A stretch of 54,112 nt of DNA, counting the filler, from Sphacelaria rigidula (Eukaryota), in NCBI GenBank assembly GCA_964200075.2. It is 5 parts of 5 records of this genome, joined end to end, with 100 filler letters (N's around TTAATTAATTAA, not from the genome) between each part and the next. Parts side by side here need not be neighbours in the genome. Positions count along the whole stretch, not along the records: positions 43,372 to 54,112 come from CAXNAA020005994.1; 4 more parts are not named here. One strand, 5' to 3'. Shown one piece after another: positions 47,421 to 54,112 of this stretch (its first letter is position 1; each line of letters starts with the position of its first letter). A model generated the notes under the pieces. It saw only the letters and a list, made by a program, of their open reading frames with translations. It had not been told where the DNA came from and did no database searches. The position numbers and the translations under genes are program-made.

Positions 47421-49196
47421 CAGGGCTCTTTACGTTACAGGTTACACGTTACGTCACGAATGTGACGTGGGAAAAATTATACGGTACGTCACGTCACAAT
47501 TTGTGACGTACGTAAAATTAAAACGTTACGTCACGTCACATTATTTCACGCAGACGTTACGTTACGTCACACTTGTGACGTATTAAAAAGTTATACGTTA
47601 CGTTACGTCACAGTAACGTATTTTGAAACGTCTCACGTAACGTGTAACGTGTATAATACGTTACACGTCAAAATAAACGTTACACGTCACAAAAAACGTT
47701 ACACGTCACAACAAACGCTACACGTCACAAACGTACAACACTGTGATGTGTAACGTATTTTGAAACGTTACGTTTGTGACGTGGAACGTATTTTGGAACG
47801 TTTTTGTGACGTTTAACGAATATTATACGTTAAGTTTGTGACGTGTGACGTAAAATGAAACGCCACACTTCGACCGTGTTGAGGGCAAATCAACGCTACG
47901 TGCAGTGTTGTAAGGTTTCATGTGCCGCAACTTGGCACGGGAGGTTCACGGTGGCTGCCGTGTTCGAGCATGAGGCGCATTCTGCTCGCTATGTTGACAT
48001 GTAAAAATGCGTTTCAGCTAGTGTATCGCTCATGCGTCCCTGACTCACACGTTGGAACTTCAAAACAAAACATGGGTACGTTATTGATGCACGATAACAA
48101 TCAGATGGTGAGATACCAAGATACGCGCAGGCTATGATGTGCACATACAAACGCAAGTATGTACAGATCATACGTTAGTGATACCTGATAGTCGGTTGGC
48201 ATTTTGTAGGACACCCAACACAGCTATCCGATTCTGTTTTGTTATAATCATTTGTTCTCTCAGCAGGGCGTGTATACAGAAGATCTATATTTTATATATA
48301 CAGTTTGTAATATACATGAACTGATGATCCGGTACGAATCCAGCCGCGTTCGCAAGGCGGACATCATGAAGGTAGAAACACATCATGACTCATTGTCCCA
48401 AGAATAGAGACGAAAACTTACACAAAGCCGCTCGAACAGAGACGGACTGCAGAAAAGCAGAAAAACAAAACATCCCCAACATAAGAAAATGAAGCAGAAT
48501 CAACGAAAAAAGGAACAAAACTACAGAACAGCAGTGGAGCCACCGAATTTGTCCACGAGTTTACAAGCTCGTGTCATCCTTGGCACCTCTTCAAGGGCGC
48601 AAGGTCTCTAATTACTGCGTTGTCCATATTTTGATACTATAGTGACACCCATAAGAAAAACGGCACACAGAAACTCAAAATAATGCATACTATGGTTGGG
48701 TGTGGTGTGGCGGTGCATACTGCGGTGGCGCTGAACTTGTGCTTACATCGCGTGCGTAGCATGATGACGTATGCACACTCTTCTTGGACCCATGTCTTGA
48801 ACCCATGTATCATATCATGCAAGTATCACATATGCTAATACCACGCTAATTGTGGTACAAGTTGAGCGTGTGACGGTCGTGACGTTCAGCCAGACGTCAC
48901 AAACGTATAATAATGCGACGTGTAACGTGTTTTGTGAAGTGTAACGTACATACGTTACACGTTACAGGAAACGTTTCATAGTACGTTACCGTGACGTATA
49001 AGAAAAAATACGTCACGTGACGTCACATTTGTGACGTACTGAAAAATTAAACGTGACGTCACATTTTTTCACCGGTACGGTAGATTACGTCACATTTGTG
49101 ACGTTTTCGAAAAACATACGGTACGTTACGTCACACGTTTGTGACGTACGTTTGTGACGTGTAACGTACGTGTAACGTGTAAGGTAAAGAGCCCTG
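47421..49196. mobile_element. hAT-like non-autonomous element E2 with TGACGT/ACGT-rich arms
   Basis: TIR cagggctctttac / gtaaagagccctg, arms 47421-47860 and 48865-49196. No TSD recognised. Confidence 0.75.
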
Positions 49197-49244
49197 GATT
49201 TTAGCGCCTCATAACTCTTCGAATTACCCACAGCATCCAATTTT

Positions 49245-49331
49245 TCGTGTGGTACACGGTGGGCAAACTGGTAGAACCGCCTCTTATTACAGTGGTCACG
49301 AGTTCGAATCCCGACACGACCATTTTTTTTT
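49245..49331 (+). mobile_element. tRNA-derived SINE head
   Basis: A-box-like TGGGCAAACTGG, B-box GAGTTCGAATCC, closing stem tcgtgt/acacga, then a T-run. Confidence 0.6.
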
Positions 49332-49919
49332 GTGAATCATCTGGCACAGCGCATTGCATCTGGGGGGTGTATAGCGCGGTTCGAGGTAGTACTTGTCCCC
49401 CTTACGGTGGTAAATGACCGTCGGCTTGGAGATTCTCTCCCATGATGGAGCTGTTGACAACCTTGGTACCATTTTGTAGCACTACTCGTACCACTGTGCT
49501 TTTGCCTGCTCATGTCGAGTCATTGCGTGCCTGCGCGGCGCAATTGCCTACCGTAACTCCACCACATTTCGTGAAACGAAACGTCATCAGACACGCTATT
49601 ACACAACGACACGAGACGTTCCCGGCACTCAGTGCAGTACAAAAACATCATCGCCAAAACTTCGCCAATCGACCAGCGGTGGTGCCCTTCATCTCCAGGT
49701 TGGTATATGCTGGTCAGAGCGATATGCTCCAGCCGAGCTAATTTGGTGAACTTGACGAGTTATGGTTAGGGATGCAAATGCGGGATGTACTGCTGGCCGA
49801 GCTCGTAAGCTTTTTTGTTTTTGACCCTGCCGGTCGCGCCCAACTAATTATAAAATAGACTTGAACCGATCTGAGAACATAAATGCCGTGGAGGTATCTG
49901 ATACTACTTCGTAGCGACC

Positions 49920-50360
49920 AATTCGATTCGTGAAAGCTCGAATCTCGATTTTTCAAAATCGGAGGGGGTAATGTCGGGGGGCGCATTGTATGGACAAGGA
50001 TTTGAACCAAATCCGTAGCGAAAAAATCGGGAAACGATCTCGGAACGGTTTCCCCCGATTTTTTCGAAAAATCGGGGAATATCGTTCCGAGATCGTGACT
50101 CCCCCCGACTTTTTTGAGGTGACGTACTTGCATTGACGTACAATGCTAGAGTATGAGGCGTTTGATATTTTTGCACAACCAGCGGAAGACAGTCTCGTGA
50201 CAACACAGGGCGTACCTACTGTCCTCCCCAACTGCTAAAGCAACTTCGCACGGGGTTTGACAACCGGATATTAGGTGCTGACGCCGTACCCTGCGGCGAT
50301 AGTGATATTTAATGCTGCGCTGCACTGCCACATGTATCACTATAACGAGCGCTACTACTG
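49920..50360 (+). repeat. Partial second copy of element B (14241-14700)
   Basis: Shares the acgatctcggaacggtttcccc...gttccgagatcgtgactccccc hairpin and the downstream sequence. Confidence 0.88.
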
Positions 50361-51156
50361 TTCTCTGTCACACACATGCCAGCAAGGGCGGTGCTGCGGC
50401 GAAAACAACCGATATATCCAATTTACGCTTGGGGGGTGTTATTCATCGTTGGTTTCACCTGACATGTATGTGAGTGGCCCTCTGGGCGCCCGACGACAAG
50501 AGCGTGCGAGACGCCAGTTGGGGGTGACAGACACCAAACACTTGTCGAGACCTTCTTGACATGCGGAGTGAAAAAAGATACTTATGGTGGTGACCTAACC
50601 GTTGTTAGCGTGGTGCAGAGGGGTGCATCCATGCTGCAATCTGGAGCACGCGCTGGCCACGTGAACACCTCGGCACAGTAGCTTTCAAGAATTAGTTCCG
50701 ATGTGAAGAGGTCACGCATCACAACCTGGGGCGAGATATGGCCCCACGAAAAAGAAGAATGCTCTATGATCGACCACTTGTCGTTGCATTTGACACCCAC
50801 GCCATCAACCGCCGACCGCAAAGCTGGCGGCAGTACGGCAGACAAATCCGACCATAGTTAGCTTTCGTCGCTCTATTGGACTGGCTGGCATCTGCACAGA
50901 GGTCGCCCACCGTAGCAACATGTACCAAATTTCGCAACCTCTGTAAAAACAAGACACTTCGGTTTTCCCAACTACATACACATGATTGAAAGGACTCCTG
51001 TGGTCTGAGGGAAAGTGGCCGCTTTGGGTCCGTCCACACGTGCGAAGATACTGTCGAACAGCAATGCCAGACTTTGATGACATTGAGATACCGCAATCAG
51101 TACAGAACATAACAGAAATTGGCAGTTTTATGTCCTTATCAGAAAGCAACGGGCAT

Positions 51157-51660
51157 GAACCCTTTTGGGACCGAGCCTACAGAACGACCAATGAGGCTGG
51201 TCAGGAATGACGTGTCTGGCGTCTGCACAAAACAGTGGCGTGTTGGTGAAAACTTCGCATATGTAACCTCAGGGTTATGACGAAGACCGGGAGTTTCATC
51301 CATTCCATGTTCAGGTGCAGGGTGCGCATTAGGTAATGTACATCTCATGTAGCAAGCAGTATGGATCGCGGTAGAGAGCTTCCAACAGGATGCGGCGACC
51401 GGCGGGCCGCCCGCCACTGGTGGCTTTGGATGATAGTATTGTCCCCATCACCTTGCCACACAGCCCTTAGTGGTCGGGGTGCGCCGCCGTTTCCCTCTTT
51501 GTTGCATGCGGCAAATTCTCTTCGAAGGGTATCAGCGTTGCGGCGCGCACACACACAACAGTATAGTACAGTACAGTGTAGTACGCCACTCCAACTGCAG
51601 CAGCAGCTGCCGCTGCATACTCCCTTGCACGTTCTGGGCAATTCTCAGCTACCGAGATCA
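51157..51660 (+). repeat. Second copy of repeat A
   Basis: Colinear with 12884-13400. Confidence 0.9.
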
Positions 51661-51907
51661 ACTGTCTATGTACCGTTTTTTCATCCCCGCCCACTACATG
51701 TCAAGCGCACACGGCCGAGTCATCGGCCACGGGGCAGGCGAGTCCCGCATCAGATGCTGCAGCTGCAGGCAACGGTCGAGATGGGCTGGAGGCTGCTGCG
51801 GCACCCCCTCGTTTGGGACCTGCCGTCCCCCCCCCCTGGATCCATGTCACGTACTGGTGCACGTGAACGCCACGTGCACGTGGACGTTACACCCTGTCTC
51901 TCGATAT

Positions 51908-52281
51908 AAGTGTGGTCAAGATGATTATGATCTTACGATGCTGTGCTGTCACGATAGCTTATAATGTGTGACGTGGCGCGGAGCGCACGAACTTGCTGAA
52001 ATATTATGTCTGATACCATCGTCATTGAAACTCATTGGTTTCTATTGAAGCACACTCTTCTATGATTTGAAAATTCATCGAAAGCTAGAAGTGTCACCGC
52101 TTCATGTAACGTATTTATGACGTTTCATGTAACGTGTAACGTCAATTAAATGCTACACGTTACACATTACATGAAACGTTTCATATTATGTGCTTTGAAC
52201 ATTCGAGCAATTTATTACGTTACGTTACGCACGTCACGTGAGAAAAAATTGACGTTACGTGAACGTTTTATTTGAAACTTT
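51908..52281 (+). mobile_element. Right-arm fragment of an E1-family element
   Basis: Colinear with 46884-47300 (tgtggtc.agatga.tatgat.tta.gatgc.gtgctg...ttattgaagcaca.tcttcta.gattt...). Confidence 0.8.
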
Positions 52282-53045
52282 CAGGGCCCTTCACGTTACA
52301 CGTCACCAACGTACGTCACAAGGGTGTGACGTAAGGTAACAGATGTTTTTCGAATACGTCACAAATGTCACGTGACGTAACGTACCGATGAAAAAATGTG
52401 ACGTGTCGTATGGTATTTTTTCAGACGTCACACTGTCGTATTGTGACACGCTTCCTGTAACGTGTGACGTATTTTATACATTATACGTCACATTTATATA
52501 CGTTTGTGACGTGCAACGTATATTGGAACGTTACTGTGACGTGTAACGCATAATATACTTTACGTTTGTGACGTGCAACGTCAAGTGAATCGTTACACTT
52601 CCACCGTGTTTAGGGCAAATGAACGCTACGTACGACGTTGTAAGGTTTCATGCACCGCAACTTGGTACGGGAGGTTCCCGGTGGCTCGCGGCGACGTTTA
52701 CCCTCTTCTTACGCTCGAGATTTTCGAGCCTGAACTCGTCTGAAGCAGGGAGGTCCAAAGCCCCTTCTGCTGCACTACCCTCTCTCTCTGCCGTGCAAGG
52801 GGAAGCTTGGGCCGCGCTCATTGTTACGTTACACGTCGCTTCCCCCCGTCTGTGCTACCGAAGTTGGAAATTTGAAATTCGGGAACTCGAAACTCGTGCT
52901 TCCGGGTTCCGATATTCGCTTGCGTTCTGTGTTCCAAGGTTGAGTGTGCATGCTGCCGTGGCGCTGAACTTGCGCTTACATCGTATGCGTTTTATGATGG
53001 CGTATGCACTCTCTCCTCGAACCCATGTATCAGTTATGTGATAAT
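52282..53045 (+). mobile_element. E2-family element E3 inserted in the E1-family arm, right end not seen
   Basis: Starts cagggcccttcacgttac. Internal blocks match 47865-47960 and 48712-48830. Confidence 0.75.
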
Positions 53046-53464
53046 TACATATCCCACGTCGGACGGATCAGCTCGTTACAGATCCGGGTCAGCTCATTTG
53101 GGGCAAAGATCATGATCCGTCATAGGTGAGCTGTCACCCGTACACGTGTGTCCGATGCTGATCCGTAGGACCCGTTTAACCCCTACATGTTTGCCGAGCG
53201 ATGGGCTGTACGACCCGGTTCACACGAACACTGTCGTGTACAACTGATCTACAGACCCGTGTCATCTGTAAAACATCACATTGTTGCGATTCAAATCACT
53301 CGGGTCAGGCAAGCGCGGTAGCTTGTCGTCGACCCGTGCGATCCGAATGTCATGTACACCAAAAAAAGCTGCCCCTGACCCGTGGAGCCCGAATCTAGTG
53401 TGCAAGAAACCCTTTCCCGCCCCCGTAAGATCCGGATCAAGTATGCAAGGAAACAGTATACAGT

Positions 53465-53866
53465 TCCCTCACCTGTTGACGTGTATGGCCCGGGTGCAAT
53501 GTATGTTCACAAGTCCGAACGTTGGCTTTAGCAACCCGGGTATACGGAACTTGAAGTACGTATATTTTATTCCGAGTGGTTCCACGGTAAGGCCGCATAT
53601 TTTTTCCGAAGATGTGCACTGTCGGTGCATTCGAATGAAGTATACAATAAGCAATATCCAGTAATCCTCACCTGCTAACCCGTATGGCTCTGGTACAATG
53701 TGCATGTTCACAAGTCCGTATGTTGGTTGTAGCAACTCGGGCATATCGAACATGAACTACGTATATTTTTTTCCGGGTGGTTCCACGGTAGGACTGCATA
53801 TTGTTTTTGAAGATGCACACTACCGGCGCATCCTAATGAAGTACAGTATACAATGAACAGTAATCA
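53465..53866 (+). repeat. Tandem duplication, ~200-bp unit
   Basis: gtatggc.c.ggt.caatgt..atgttcacaagtccg...gtggttccacggta.g.c.gcatatt occurs at 53482 and 53682. Confidence 0.85.
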
Positions 53867-54112
53867 ATTTTGCCAGCGGCTGTATGGACGACTGTTTTCG
53901 TATTTTCAAGAAACAAGATACAGTCATAACATGCTCGATTGGTTAATCATGACGTTCGGCAGGCATCAGACGAAAATATTCGGAGAAGAGTCGTTGACGT
54001 GTGCATTGCCGGCGTTGAAGCATGGGTATCTTCCGCAAACAGCCAATCATCTATGTTGAGGATGGTGCTTTTGATTGAGGATGAGAACCCGGAGGATTAA
54101 AATCTTCGTAAC

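Noticed and set aside
50805..51149. FCTDCG as a Fanzor/TnpB zinc finger
   Set aside because: No RuvC motifs (E-x-x-TS, RD-x-NA) are visible in any frame I read.

Overview
Eukaryotic, repeat-saturated scaffold, most consistent with a brown alga (Phaeophyceae, Ectocarpus-like). That attribution is inferred from intron style, TE families and a heterokont-type targeting peptide. Five contigs are joined by 100-bp N spacers containing an artificial TTAATTAATTAA linker, so order and orientation across gaps are not guaranteed. Content: (i) 1-9.6 kb is a nest of decayed Ty3/Gypsy LTR retrotransposons: a minus-strand gag, a plus-strand gag-PR-RT-RNaseH-IN pseudogene, and a minus-strand LTR+PPT that truncates the integrase. 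(ii) There is one well-supported host gene, a minus-strand GNS1/SUR4 (ELO) fatty-acid elongase with four phase-consistent exons (27662-21869) whose last exon is missing at a gap, plus a probable divergent first exon with a signal/plastid-type leader. (iii) An intron-containing pogo-like transposase remnant. (iv) Many non-autonomous TIR/foldback elements (Sola-like, piggyBac-like, Tc1/mariner- and Stowaway-like, MULE-like, hAT-like), two tRNA-derived SINE heads, tandem repeats and microsatellites. I cannot demonstrate a new protein system. The most interesting signals are non-coding: a multi-layer nest of DNA transposons at 44.2-49.2 kb, hAT-like arms packed with TGACGT/ACGT motifs (the reported aureochrome bZIP site), and long foldbacks, one inside an ELO intron, that are miRNA/siRNA candidates. 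All alignments and counts were done by eye.
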